A DNA stretch of 64,000 nt from an uncultured Flavobacteriaceae bacterium (GCA_963789545.1 CAWBKZ010000006.1:664318-728317), one strand, 5' to 3'; counted from the stretch's first letter, positions 20,213-30,411 are shown. Notes: a model not told the origin generated them from the letters alone. Made by a program: numbers and translations.

Positions 20213-21607
20213 ATGTTAAGAAAAATTTTTATTCCCCTTTTGGCTATTTCTGTACTTTTTGTTTCCTGTTTTGAAGATATGGACGACACTATCCAATCTG
20301 CCTCAACACTTGATATTCAAAACTTTATATACCGAGGTTTAAACTATTATTATCTATATAAAGCCGATACACCAGAACTTGCAAATGATGCTTTTACTAG
20401 TCAGAGCGAACTCGATAGTTTTCTGAATAATTACGACACTCCAGAAACGTTGTTCGATTATTTGTTATCGCCACAAGATCGTTTTAGTGCTCTTTTTAGT
20501 GATTTTAGAGTGATTGAGGATGCTTTGAGCGGAATCAGCCTGAGCAACGGAATGGAGTTTGGCCTAGTATATTATCCTGATAATAGCGGCAATGTTTTTG
20601 GTTATGTGCGTTACGTATTGCCAAACACAGATGCAGAAGCACGTGGTTTAAAGCGCGGAGACTTGTTTACCACTATTGACGGACAACAAATAAATAGCCA
20701 AAACTATTTGGATTTGCAAGCTCCAGATAGTTATACTATCGGTTTAGCAACCTATGATGGCACAAATTTTTTACCCACTGGTGAAACTGTACTTTTAAAC
20801 AAAACACAATACAACGAGAACCCCGTATATAAACTAAAAACATTCGATATAAATGGTGAAAAAATAGGCTATTTAATGTACAATAGTTTTATTAAAGATT
20901 ATGATGTACAACTGAATAATGCATTTGCACAGCTTAAATCTGAAGGGGTTACCAATCTTGTTTTGGATCTTCGCTATAACGGTGGAGGAGCAGTAGAAAC
21001 AGCAACAGATTTAGCCAGTATGATTACGGGACAGTTCAACGGACAGGTTTTTTATAAGGAATTTTGGAACGCCGATCGCCAAGATGCAAATGCAGAAAAT
21101 GGGCTTTTTGACAGTTCTATTAGCAACGGTTCAGCTATAAATAGCCTCAACCTGAATTCTGTTTACATTTTAACTACAAGAAGATCAGCTTCAGCTAGCG
21201 AACTTGTTATAAACGGGCTGAATCCATATATAAATACCGTTCAAGTTGGCGATACAACCACTGGAAAGTTTCAGGCTTCTTTTTTACTTTATGATGCTCC
21301 GGCACCAATATTCAGCAGGCAGGAAGCTGATCCATCACATTATTACGCAATGTTGCCACTGGTTTTTAAAACTGCCAACGCTGCAGGAAATACAGATTAT
21401 GGCGATGGATTATTTCCTGAGATAGCTTTAAAGGAAGATTATTTCAACTTAGGCCAATTGGGTGATGAAAACGAACCCCTTCTTGCCGCCGCACTTTTTG
21501 AAATTGCAGGGAGACCTTTCAACGGAAAAAAAGATTTTAAAGCACTGAAAGAGCTTTCAGACAGTAAAGCAAATTCTCCAATTTATGGAAAAATGATTGG
21601 AAATTAG
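20213..21607 (+). CDS. S41 family peptidase (lipoprotein, PDZ-containing)
   Basis: Lipobox FVSC; LVLDLRYNGGG, SASASELVI, GDTTTGK. Confidence 0.9.
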   Translation: MLRKIFIPLLAISVLFVSCFEDMDDTIQSASTLDIQNFIYRGLNYYYLYKADTPELANDAFTSQSELDSFLNNYDTPETLFDYLLSPQDRFSALFSDFRVIEDALSGISLSNGMEFGLVYYPDNSGNVFGYVRYVLPNTDAEARGLKRGDLFTTIDGQQINSQNYLDLQAPDSYTIGLATYDGTNFLPTGETVLLNKTQYNENPVYKLKTFDINGEKIGYLMYNSFIKDYDVQLNNAFAQLKSEGVTNLVLDLRYNGGGAVETATDLASMITGQFNGQVFYKEFWNADRQDANAENGLFDSSISNGSAINSLNLNSVYILTTRRSASASELVINGLNPYINTVQVGDTTTGKFQASFLLYDAPAPIFSRQEADPSHYYAMLPLVFKTANAAGNTDYGDGLFPEIALKEDYFNLGQLGDENEPLLAAALFEIAGRPFNGKKDFKALKELSDSKANSPIYGKMIGN

Positions 21608-21635
21608 GGTCAGTATTAAGAACGCTATCGTCATT

Positions 21636-21683
21636 AAAAAAAGGAATCCATTAATTTTTAAGTTTAATGGATTCCTTTTTTTT
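21636..21683. terminator. Bidirectional terminator
   Basis: AAAAAAAGGAATCCATTAA...TTAATGGATTCCTTTTTTTT. Confidence 0.8.
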
Positions 21684-21699
21684 GGGTTTTTAGAATAAT

Positions 21700-22746
21700 T
21701 TATTCATTAAAATAAATCCCTCCAGGAACAATACCGGTTGGGAACTCCTGAATTTCTTGGTTGTTTGATAAATCGAAGATTTTCAATGATCCTCTGCTCG
21801 CAAAATCGTCTGCATCGGCAGCATAAAGTTTTCCATCTTTTGCTTGAAGAGTATAAAAGAATCCATCAATAATATTAGCTCCTGGTAAAGAAATAGAAGC
21901 TGTGTTCACTTTATAAACTTTTCCGTCTAGGTTATAAAAAAGGTTGTTTCCATCCATAGTCAAACTAGTTGGGTGTTGGGTGGTACCAAAAGAATATGTT
22001 TGTGTAACCTGACCAGTTGTAAGATCCACTTTCACTAATGAGCCAGCAGTTTCAGTACCAGTATAGCTTGGGCTTCCACCACACAGCACGTAAAGTATAT
22101 TTCCAGAAACCACCATGGAGTTGGGAACATCTCCCACAGTTATCGTGCTTTCAACAGAAGTTCCGGAAATCACGGATATCAAATTGTTCTGCCCGAAAGC
22201 TCCTTGGTGGGCAACATATATTTTATTGTTATAAATAATCATTCTTTCTGGCCCAAAAGCTACAGGAATAGTTGATGAAACACTGTTGGTTCTCAAATCT
22301 AAAACAGCCAAATAATCATCTGTATTGTTGTTAGGATCACCCCAATTGCTCACATACCCTTTGTTACCATCAACAGACACAAAATAACGTGGATTGTCTA
22401 ACCCTGTAGTTATGGAATCTACACTTTTAAATGTATAACGATTGGCTATTTCAATTTTCTGTGAATTGCTAACCACAATGTAAGCATTGTTGTCCTGAAA
22501 GCCCATTGACTGAACAATGTTGCCCAACGAAGTTCCATTCACATTTTTAAAAATGGTTTGTGTCACCGTACTGTAATCCTCAGAAATAAAAGTAATGTTT
22601 CCACTTCCATTACTGAATGGCCCTTCATTGGTAATCAAAATACCTTTTTCAAAAGCTGAAGGAATATATTCTGGTTGGTTGTTATCATCACTGCTGCAAG
22701 ATGCAAGCAACAATGTGGTAAAGGCAAAAAACACAATCTTTTTCAT
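21700..22746 (-). CDS. YncE-type beta-propeller surface lipoprotein, BtuG-like B12-capture protein
   Basis: Lipobox ASC; TNEGPF, NPRY, YVSNWG repeats; directly downstream of the riboswitch-controlled TonB receptor. Confidence 0.8.
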   Translation of the reverse strand: MKKIVFFAFTTLLLASCSSDDNNQPEYIPSAFEKGILITNEGPFSNGSGNITFISEDYSTVTQTIFKNVNGTSLGNIVQSMGFQDNNAYIVVSNSQKIEIANRYTFKSVDSITTGLDNPRYFVSVDGNKGYVSNWGDPNNNTDDYLAVLDLRTNSVSSTIPVAFGPERMIIYNNKIYVAHQGAFGQNNLISVISGTSVESTITVGDVPNSMVVSGNILYVLCGGSPSYTGTETAGSLVKVDLTTGQVTQTYSFGTTQHPTSLTMDGNNLFYNLDGKVYKVNTASISLPGANIIDGFFYTLQAKDGKLYAADADDFASRGSLKIFDLSNNQEIQEFPTGIVPGGIYFNE

Positions 22747-22757
22747 AGTTTTATTTA

Positions 22758-24590
22758 TTATATATTAAAATTTAAGAATATTTGAATGTTTCGTGATGGC
22801 ATAGGTCTGTAAGCAACGTTTTCATAATATGTATTAAAAACATTTTTAAGCCTTCCGCCAAAAGTTATATTTGGGTTGAATGGTAGGGTGTATTGCGCAC
22901 CAAGATTGAAAACAGCATATCCATCTACACTTTCACTATTGTCCGTAGCTGTAAAAGCTTCACCATTAAATAATCCTTGAACATATACTGAAAACTGTCC
23001 AAGATTATATTCTAATGTACCAGATGCTTTATGAAAAGGCACATAGATCAACTGCTTCTCTTTCTCTAAATCTTCCGCTTTGGTATATGAATAATTTGCA
23101 TTAAAATTCAATAATTGTTGATTGTTGAATTTTATGTAATACCCGAAAACAGCCTCGATACCGTAATTTCTGGTTTTACTTATATTTACTGGTTGCCAAA
23201 GACCGCCGTTGCCGGGAATCCATTTTATTAAATCTTCCGAAGAAATATAATAGGCAGCTACATCAGCCTTTAATCTTCCAATTAAAAATTCCTGTCCAAG
23301 TTCTATTTGATACGAAGTTTCAGGCTGCACATCTATATTTCCACCTGCATACCAATACAAATCGTTGAAAGTAGGTACCCTATAATTTTTTGAGCCATTC
23401 AACCGAAGTGAATAATTTTTTGAAAAGCTATATTTAGCATCCGCTGAGAAAAGAAAGGGATTGTCAAAATTATTCAAAAATTCCTGCCGAAAATTGATAC
23501 CATAATTAAACTTTTCAGATAGCTTATGGTTCATTAATAAAACGGCTGCTAATGTTTTTCGTGAATTATCTCCCACATTATCACCTTCCACTTCAACATA
23601 AGTATATTCCACCTTGCCATTTATTCGTAACTTTTTTTGAAGTAAAACCTCTGACTGAAACGCTCCAATAAAAGTATTAGCTTTTCCTCCAGTATTAAAT
23701 GACTTTTCACTGTCAGGAAAATAATTGTATTGTTCAAAAAGATGGGCAAAGCTTCCTTTTGTATTGAAAATGCCAACTTTTTGTTGTAATTGCCATAGGT
23801 TTCTGGTAGTAATGTCTTTATAAGCATCCTTCCCTATAGTATTCAAGCTACCCGAAAAATTGCGGTCGTTATATGTGTATTCCGAATTCCAAGTAGCAAC
23901 GCCACGTTTTAGTTTTCGTGCCTCATTGACCTTTGCTACAAAGCGTACAAATTTTCCGTGAGTGTTCTTTTTGTTTTTCCCAACATAATTGTAATCATTT
24001 TCAGAGCTGTTAAAATTCACGCCAACATTCAAATAATGATCACCCCAAGTTTGTGTAGTGCTTGCATTTGCGCCAACGTCCGAAAAGCTTCCATAATGCA
24101 ATCCAACTTCAGTTGTATCAATCTTTTTAAATGAATACGCATCGTTCAAATGGATACTTCCACCAACGGCACCGCTTCCGTATTGTACTCCTCCACCGCC
24201 GCTTCTGATGGCAATTTCATTATAGTTTAATGGTGAAATTGTGTTGAAATCCGTTTGCCCAGTAAATACTGAATTGATGTTTATTCCATTCCAAATAACA
24301 GCTGTTTGTGTAGCATTGGTACCACGGAAAGATGGAGATGAAACCATCCCGAAACCATTTTCTCTAAAATAGATTGAAGTATTGTATCGTAGTGTTTCGG
24401 TCAAGGAGGTCGCATTTCTTTCAACCAATGAGTCGGTCAATTTTTCAAGTTTGAAACCATTTGAAAAATAAACGATTTTGGAATCTGTCAGCATCACTTC
24501 GGGCAGTTGCTGAATACTGTCCAATTGCGCATACGCAGAAGCCGTGCACAGAAAAATAACAAAAATAATATGTAACCAATTTCGCTTCAT
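22758..24590 (-). CDS. btuB: TonB-dependent receptor, cobalamin transporter
   Basis: 610 aa; SFRGT...WNGININS...GSGAVGG plug, RVPTFNDLYW, MPSRN; directly behind the cobalamin riboswitch. Confidence 0.85.
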   Translation of the reverse strand: MKRNWLHIIFVIFLCTASAYAQLDSIQQLPEVMLTDSKIVYFSNGFKLEKLTDSLVERNATSLTETLRYNTSIYFRENGFGMVSSPSFRGTNATQTAVIWNGININSVFTGQTDFNTISPLNYNEIAIRSGGGGVQYGSGAVGGSIHLNDAYSFKKIDTTEVGLHYGSFSDVGANASTTQTWGDHYLNVGVNFNSSENDYNYVGKNKKNTHGKFVRFVAKVNEARKLKRGVATWNSEYTYNDRNFSGSLNTIGKDAYKDITTRNLWQLQQKVGIFNTKGSFAHLFEQYNYFPDSEKSFNTGGKANTFIGAFQSEVLLQKKLRINGKVEYTYVEVEGDNVGDNSRKTLAAVLLMNHKLSEKFNYGINFRQEFLNNFDNPFLFSADAKYSFSKNYSLRLNGSKNYRVPTFNDLYWYAGGNIDVQPETSYQIELGQEFLIGRLKADVAAYYISSEDLIKWIPGNGGLWQPVNISKTRNYGIEAVFGYYIKFNNQQLLNFNANYSYTKAEDLEKEKQLIYVPFHKASGTLEYNLGQFSVYVQGLFNGEAFTATDNSESVDGYAVFNLGAQYTLPFNPNITFGGRLKNVFNTYYENVAYRPMPSRNIQIFLNFNI

Positions 24591-24627
24591 AATTCAACCT
24601 TTATCCCGAAAGTTTGATGATTTTATG

Positions 24628-24860
24628 TTAGAATCTGGCAGGTCTCCTGGCTTGTCTTTTGTGCCACCTTCCCATCTCCCGAACTTTTTGCGAAGGGATC
24701 TTTTAAAAGAAACCTTACTTTCGGTATAGACAGTGGTTTTTGAAGAATGCACGCCCGAAAAAAATCTCGGGACGACTTACAGTTGCGGGAACAGCCTCGG
24801 TTTTTAACCGAATTCCCTTTTAAGAGCGTTTTCCGTTATGGAAAATTGCTCACCAAAATT
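24628..24860 (-). promoter_or_regulatory. Cobalamin (B12) riboswitch
   Basis: Minus strand: AAAAGGGAATTCGGT...AAACCGAGGCTGTTCCCGCAACTGTAA...CCACTG...GGGAAGG...AAGCCAGGAGACCTGCC (B12 box); -7 box TATTTTTG at 24866-24873. Confidence 0.93.
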
Positions 24861-24918
24861 CATTACAAAAATAGGCTTTAAATATTAGTTCACCCAATCA
24901 AAACCATTATTTTTGAGG

Positions 24919-26064
24919 ATGCAAAAAATTGGTTTGTTTATTTCTTTTCTCTGTGCTTTCGTCTCCTGCAAAAACGATACTCCCAATAATAAAATTGAAG
25001 AAACCGCCATTTTTAAAAAGGAATCTTTGGAAATTAAATACGCCAAAGGCTTTGAAATCAAAACTTTTGAAGGCTACAAAACCATCACACTGAAAAACCC
25101 CTGGCCAGGAACTAGCAAAACTTTTAAATATGCATTGATCGGAAAAAATGGTTCACTTCCAAATCCTGAAAATTTTGATGCAGTACTAGAAGTTCCTGTG
25201 AAAAGAATTGTAGTTACCTCCACTACCCATATTCCCTCTTTGGAAATGTTGGATGAAAACGAAGCAATGGTAGGTTTTCCAAACCTAAATTATATTTCTT
25301 CGGAAAAAACAAGAAAACGCATTTCAGAAGGAAAAATAACCGAGCTCGGTAGAAACGAAGATATAAACACAGAAATTCTGATCAATTTAAAACCTGATGC
25401 TGTAATCGGGTTTGCAGTTGACGGAAATAACTCAACCTTTGCAACTATTGAAAAAACTGGAATTCCCGTACTTTACAATTCTGATTGGACAGAAACTTCA
25501 CCTTTAGGGAAAGCAGAATGGATAAAGTTTTTCGGCGTACTTTTCAATAAGGAAAAAGAAGCGGACAGCATCTTCCAAACTATTGAAACGGAATATCTTT
25601 CAGCAAAAAAACTAGCCGCTGAAGCTAAAAATTCACCAACAGTCATCAGCGGTGCAATGTATAAAGACGTTTGGTATATGCCTCAGGGCGAAAGTTGGGG
25701 CGCACAGTTTATAACCCATGCCAATGGCGATTATCTGTGGAAAGATTCAAAGGGTACTGGTGGTTTATCACTAAGTTTAGAATCGGTATTGGAAAAAGGC
25801 CATGATGCCGAAGTCTGGATTGGGCCAGGACAATTTACTAGTTTGGAAGAAATGAAAAATGCAAACCAAGCATACTCCCAATTTAAAGCATTTAAGGCTG
25901 GAAATGTATATACCTATAGTTTGAAGAAAGGCGAAACTGGAGGCGTAATTTATTTTGAATTGGCTCCTAATAGACCTGATTTGGTTTTGAAAGATCTCAT
26001 AAAAATACTTCATCCCGATTTGTTTCCAAATCACGAACTTTACTTTTTTGATAAATTGCAATAA
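24919..26064 (+). CDS. btuF: ABC transporter substrate-binding lipoprotein (iron/B12), BtuF-like
   Basis: Lipobox FVSC; VPVKRIVVTSTTH, ETSPLGKAEWIKF, RPDLVLKDLIKILHP; ATG 24919 preferred over TTG 24913. Confidence 0.8.
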   Translation: MQKIGLFISFLCAFVSCKNDTPNNKIEETAIFKKESLEIKYAKGFEIKTFEGYKTITLKNPWPGTSKTFKYALIGKNGSLPNPENFDAVLEVPVKRIVVTSTTHIPSLEMLDENEAMVGFPNLNYISSEKTRKRISEGKITELGRNEDINTEILINLKPDAVIGFAVDGNNSTFATIEKTGIPVLYNSDWTETSPLGKAEWIKFFGVLFNKEKEADSIFQTIETEYLSAKKLAAEAKNSPTVISGAMYKDVWYMPQGESWGAQFITHANGDYLWKDSKGTGGLSLSLESVLEKGHDAEVWIGPGQFTSLEEMKNANQAYSQFKAFKAGNVYTYSLKKGETGGVIYFELAPNRPDLVLKDLIKILHPDLFPNHELYFFDKLQ

Positions 26065-27095
26065 TGCAAACTTCACAAACATATCGGATTCATTTTGCAG
26101 TACTTTTATTGGTGCTGATAGCCGCATTTTTTATTAATTTATGCATCGGGTCGGTTTCAATTCCCCTAAAGGAAATTTTTTCTGCTTTTATAGGGAAAGG
26201 CGCATCCAAAGAAACTTGGCAATATATTTTAATAAATTACAGGCTGCCTAAAGCCATTACTGCAATGCTCGCTGGTGGCGGATTGGCCATTTCAGGATTG
26301 TTGATGCAAACTTTGTTTAGAAATCCGCTTGCTGGGCCGTTTGTTTTAGGATTAAGCAGTGGAGCTAGTTTGGGCGTTGCCATTTTAATTTTAGGTGCAA
26401 GTGCTTTTGGTGGTTTCTTTGGAACTATGCTTTTAAGTCAATGGAGCTTGGTAATTGCCTCTGCCTTGGGCAGTTTTTTGGTCCTTTTAGCAGTTTTAGC
26501 GGTAACTTTTAAAATAAAAGACACGATGGCAATTTTGATAATCGGCTTAATGTTTGGCAGTGTAACAACTGCAGTGGTTTCAGTCTTGTCCTATTTCAGC
26601 AATGCGGAACAACTGCAACAATACATTTTTTGGTCTTTCGGAAGTCTGGGAAATCAATCCTGGCAAGGTGTTTTAATCTTGTGCATCTGCTTTTTTATAG
26701 GTTTAGCACTAAGTGTTTTCAGCAGTAAATCATTGAACGGATTACTGTTAGGTGAAAACTATGCAAAAAGTATGGGGCTTCATATAAAAAGAACAACCTT
26801 TATAATCATTTTGGCAACTAGCATTCTTGCGGGAAGCATTACAGCTTTTGTGGGTCCAATTGCCTTTGTTGGTTTGGCTGTGCCGCATTTGGTGCGGCAA
26901 TTTTATAAAACCTCCAATCATTTGGTGTTGTTGCCCGCCGTGCTACTTTGCGGCAGTTTATTAATGCTAGTTTGTGATACAGTGGCGCAATTGCCTTTCA
27001 GCGAATTTACATTACCGATAAATGCAATTACTTCATTGATAGGAGCTCCAGTTGTAATATGGCTTTTGGTTAGAAAACGAAAACTCTTCTTTTAA
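26064..27095 (+). CDS. btuC: FecCD/BtuC family ABC permease
   Basis: RLPKAITA, QTLFRNPLAGP..LG.SSGA, GPIAFVGLAVPH, LPINAITSLIGAP. Confidence 0.85.
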   Translation: MQTSQTYRIHFAVLLLVLIAAFFINLCIGSVSIPLKEIFSAFIGKGASKETWQYILINYRLPKAITAMLAGGGLAISGLLMQTLFRNPLAGPFVLGLSSGASLGVAILILGASAFGGFFGTMLLSQWSLVIASALGSFLVLLAVLAVTFKIKDTMAILIIGLMFGSVTTAVVSVLSYFSNAEQLQQYIFWSFGSLGNQSWQGVLILCICFFIGLALSVFSSKSLNGLLLGENYAKSMGLHIKRTTFIIILATSILAGSITAFVGPIAFVGLAVPHLVRQFYKTSNHLVLLPAVLLCGSLLMLVCDTVAQLPFSEFTLPINAITSLIGAPVVIWLLVRKRKLFF

Positions 27096-27889
27096 TGGCT
27101 TCGGAAAAAAAACATATCATTTTAGAAACCCAGAACCTATCGGTGGGTTATTCAAATAAGAAAGGAGATTCCATAATTGCGGAAGGAATCAATTTTTCCA
27201 TTGCGAAGGGTGAACTTGTGGGACTTGTAGGCGCAAATGGAATTGGGAAATCCACACTACTGAGAACCTTAACTGGAATGCAAAGCGCTTTAAGTGGTGA
27301 AGTTATTTTAAACGGGAAAAAATTAAAAGAATATTCTTCAATACAACTTGCCACACAGTTTAGCGTGGTTTTAACCGAAGCTCCTGCTTCCAAAAACCTG
27401 TCGGTTTTGGAAATGATTTCTCTAGGAAGACAACCTTATACAAATTGGATTGGTTCCCTTTCCCAAGAAGACAAAATAGCAGTAAACATTGCTTTGGAAG
27501 CAACCGAGACCGCTCCCCTTGCCTATCGAAAATGTTTTGAACTAAGCGATGGCCAAATGCAGCGGGTTGCTATTGCACGAGCCTTGGCGCAAGACACGCC
27601 GATTATAATTTTGGACGAACCCACAACCCATTTGGATATTTATCATCGTGCTTATGTATTGAAACTGCTGAAAAAGCTGGCTTCGGAAACACAAAAAACA
27701 ATATTCTTTTCAACACACGAAATAGATTTGGCAATTCAACTGACGGATAAAATGCTGGTTATGGCGAAAAGCGAAACTTTTTTTGACCAACCCTGCAATT
27801 TGATAGAATCTGGAAGGTTTGATACACTTTTCCCGAAGGAAACCATACATTTTGATGGAAAAACGGGACGGTTTGTAATAAAAAGTTAA
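27095..27889 (+). CDS. btuD: ABC ATPase (FepC/BtuD type)
   Basis: GANGIGKST Walker A, LSDGQMQR signature, IILDEPT. Confidence 0.85.
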   Translation: MASEKKHIILETQNLSVGYSNKKGDSIIAEGINFSIAKGELVGLVGANGIGKSTLLRTLTGMQSALSGEVILNGKKLKEYSSIQLATQFSVVLTEAPASKNLSVLEMISLGRQPYTNWIGSLSQEDKIAVNIALEATETAPLAYRKCFELSDGQMQRVAIARALAQDTPIIILDEPTTHLDIYHRAYVLKLLKKLASETQKTIFFSTHEIDLAIQLTDKMLVMAKSETFFDQPCNLIESGRFDTLFPKETIHFDGKTGRFVIKS

Positions 27890-28010
27890 TGAGTTATTTA
27901 GTTACTAGCTTATTGAATTACCTTTAACTTATTATCTTTATCAAAAAAGAAAAATTTTTGAAAATTACTTTCAAATAACTTAATAACCCAATAACTTTTT
28001 AACCTAAATA
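27887..28010. repeat. Inverted arrays of degenerate 8-mers
   Basis: TAATGAGT TATTTAGT TACTAGCT TATTGAAT ... AATAACTT AATAACCC AATAACTT TTTAACCT. Confidence 0.5.
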
Positions 28011-28019
28011 TCTTAAAAA

Positions 28020-29345
28020 TTGAACGAAACTTTTCTATTTCTTTTATTAACTGCCATTTGTTTATTGATTGGAGCATTTATAGGTAATCTCATTGCCAGA
28101 TTAAAAAATAAAACTGAAACCAGCAAACTGGAGGAAAGGCTTGAAAATGCCCAATCTCAATTAGAAAAATTAGACGAGCGATACAATATTTTAAAAAATG
28201 AAAGAGAGCAAATAAGAGATGAAAAAGAACAGTTAAACATTCAACTTTCAAAACAAAGTGCTGAATATAATTCTTTATACACAGAACTTGAAAAAGAAAA
28301 AGAACGCTTCCAAAATTTTGAAAAGGATTTTAAAGATAAATTTGAAAATCTCGCAAATAAAATATTGATTGATAAAACAGAAGAGTTTACAGATTCAAAC
28401 AAAAAAAACATAGAAAATATACTAAAGCCTTTGAATGAAAAAATCAAGGATTTTGAAGAGAAAGTTGGAAAGAACAACGTAGATTTTGTGCGAACTCATG
28501 CCGAATTGGGCAAACAACTCCAGTTTTTAAACGAGCAGAATATTAAAATAAGCCAAGAGGCAGATAACCTTACCAAAGCATTAAAAGGTGATTCCAAAAT
28601 TCAAGGAAATTGGGGCGAAATGATTCTATCCAGAGTTTTAGAAGAATCGGGCCTTGAAAAAGGGCGCGAATATACCATACAGGACAGTCATGATAATCCA
28701 GATGGCGGCAGATTGCAAACGGACGTTATCATACATTTGCCAGACGGGAAAAAGATGATAATTGACAGTAAAGTTTCACTAACGGATTTTGAAAGGTATG
28801 TTTCCGAAGATGATGAAAACCTAAAAGGCCTTTATCTAAAAAAACATATAGATTCCATAAAAAAACACATTATAACCTTAAGTGAAAAAAAATATTATCA
28901 CGCCGTAAACGAGAGTCCGGATACCATATTTATGTTTGTTCCAATAGAGCCGGCCTTTGCAATAGCTGTTGCTAACCAGAAGAACCTGTATCAAGAAGCA
29001 TTCAAAAGAAAAGTAATGATTGTAACCCCATCCACGCTTTTAGCGGCTTTGCGATTGGTAGAAAATCTTTGGGAAAATGACAACCAAAAGAAAAACACAC
29101 TCGAAATTGCAACCGAAGCCGGCAGGTTGTACGATTCTTTCGTAGGATTATTGGAAGAGTTAAATAAAATAAAAAGACAACTGGGAACGGTGCAAGGTTC
29201 TTTTGACAATGCCTTAATAAAGTTGGAAGGAAAAGGCAACCTAGTAAGAAGAGTTGAAAAACTAAGAAAATTGGGAGCCATTGCAAGTAAAAACATTGAC
29301 ACCAATTTACTTAAAAGTAGCGAAAACAGCGAAAGCGAAAATTAA
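28020..29345 (+). CDS. rmuC: DNA recombination protein RmuC
   Basis: N-terminal TM and coiled coil; ALKGDSKIQGNWGEMIL, IIDSKVSL, MFVPIEPAF, TPSTLLAALR. Confidence 0.93.
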   Translation: MNETFLFLLLTAICLLIGAFIGNLIARLKNKTETSKLEERLENAQSQLEKLDERYNILKNEREQIRDEKEQLNIQLSKQSAEYNSLYTELEKEKERFQNFEKDFKDKFENLANKILIDKTEEFTDSNKKNIENILKPLNEKIKDFEEKVGKNNVDFVRTHAELGKQLQFLNEQNIKISQEADNLTKALKGDSKIQGNWGEMILSRVLEESGLEKGREYTIQDSHDNPDGGRLQTDVIIHLPDGKKMIIDSKVSLTDFERYVSEDDENLKGLYLKKHIDSIKKHIITLSEKKYYHAVNESPDTIFMFVPIEPAFAIAVANQKNLYQEAFKRKVMIVTPSTLLAALRLVENLWENDNQKKNTLEIATEAGRLYDSFVGLLEELNKIKRQLGTVQGSFDNALIKLEGKGNLVRRVEKLRKLGAIASKNIDTNLLKSSENSESEN

Positions 29346-29351
29346 AGCATT

Positions 29352-29720
29352 ATGAAAAAGGTCCTCTTCATTATTCTAGGAAGCCTATTGGCGCTATACT
29401 TACTTTATTTCGCATTTGTTTACTTTGTTCCCTATAGTGAAGGAACACGTGCCGGTGAACTCATTAAATTCAGTCATCGCGGTGTGCTTATTAAAACTTG
29501 GGAAGGAGAAATAAGTCAAGGTATAAGTGGGGCGCAAATTTTTTCATTTTCCGTTTTAGACCAAGATGAAGATGTAATTGAGAAACTAAAAGAATATCAG
29601 GGTAGTTATGTAAAAGTAACTTACGTAGAACGATTTGCATCCTTTGCCATTTGGGGAGATACAAAATATTTTATCACAGCAGTAGAACAAGAACAATCAC
29701 CTCATTTTAACCGAAATTAA
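29352..29720 (+). CDS. Conserved Bacteroidota membrane-anchored hypothetical protein
   Basis: 122 aa, N-terminal TM, YSEGTRAGELIKFS..G...KTWEG. Confidence 0.7.
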   Translation: MKKVLFIILGSLLALYLLYFAFVYFVPYSEGTRAGELIKFSHRGVLIKTWEGEISQGISGAQIFSFSVLDQDEDVIEKLKEYQGSYVKVTYVERFASFAIWGDTKYFITAVEQEQSPHFNRN

Positions 29721-29757
29721 AAAAGGCGCACCATTTAGAAATAATAATTTTCAGGAT

Positions 29758-30333
29758 TTATTTTTTTGCAATTTTTAAGGTGGTTTGCATATTTCTTGAA
29801 GTAACTCTCACAAAATACAAACCACTATTCAATCTACTCATATCTACTTGAGTTAAGCTTCCCGCTCCTTTTCCTTCTGAAACCAAAGTTCCCAAAACAT
29901 TATAAATCTGATAATTATCAATTTTAAAAATTGAAGAAATGGTCAATTCATTTTTTACGGGATTGGGATAGAAATTCAAGTTTTTTACAAATTTTTCTTC
30001 TGTTGAAAGTTTGCCAACAACTGTGACTTTACCATGTAATGAAGGATCGGAATCATTTTGATATTCGGTAACTCCTGTTTTGGAAAAAGTAAAGGAAAAA
30101 TCACTATTTATGCCTTCTAATGCTCCGCTATCAAAAGTTTCAGCTCCATTTGAAATGCTGGTAACACTTTTTTGTGAAGCATCTGCCCACTTCCAAAGTA
30201 CGGTATCTCCAACTTCAATGGTAGGACTGGCCACAGATTCATTTATCCCTTGTCCCCAAGCAATTTCAATAACATTCTGTGCAGTAAGAATGTTCATTGT
30301 AATAAAACATAAGAACAAAGTAATTTTTTGCAT
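29758..30333 (-). CDS. T9SS type A sorting domain protein with cupredoxin-like N-domain
   Basis: TIEVGDTVLWKW...DSG...FSFTF...G pattern; C-terminal FYPNPVK...IYNVLG...LNSGLYFVRV...KIAKK. Confidence 0.85.
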   Translation of the reverse strand: MQKITLFLCFITMNILTAQNVIEIAWGQGINESVASPTIEVGDTVLWKWADASQKSVTSISNGAETFDSGALEGINSDFSFTFSKTGVTEYQNDSDPSLHGKVTVVGKLSTEEKFVKNLNFYPNPVKNELTISSIFKIDNYQIYNVLGTLVSEGKGAGSLTQVDMSRLNSGLYFVRVTSRNMQTTLKIAKK

Positions 30334-30411
30334 AAATGAAGCTTTGAGTAGGTTGTTAAACTAATTTACAAAAAAAAAATAAAAAATCCCGTTAAAAAAG
30401 GAAACATCGGC

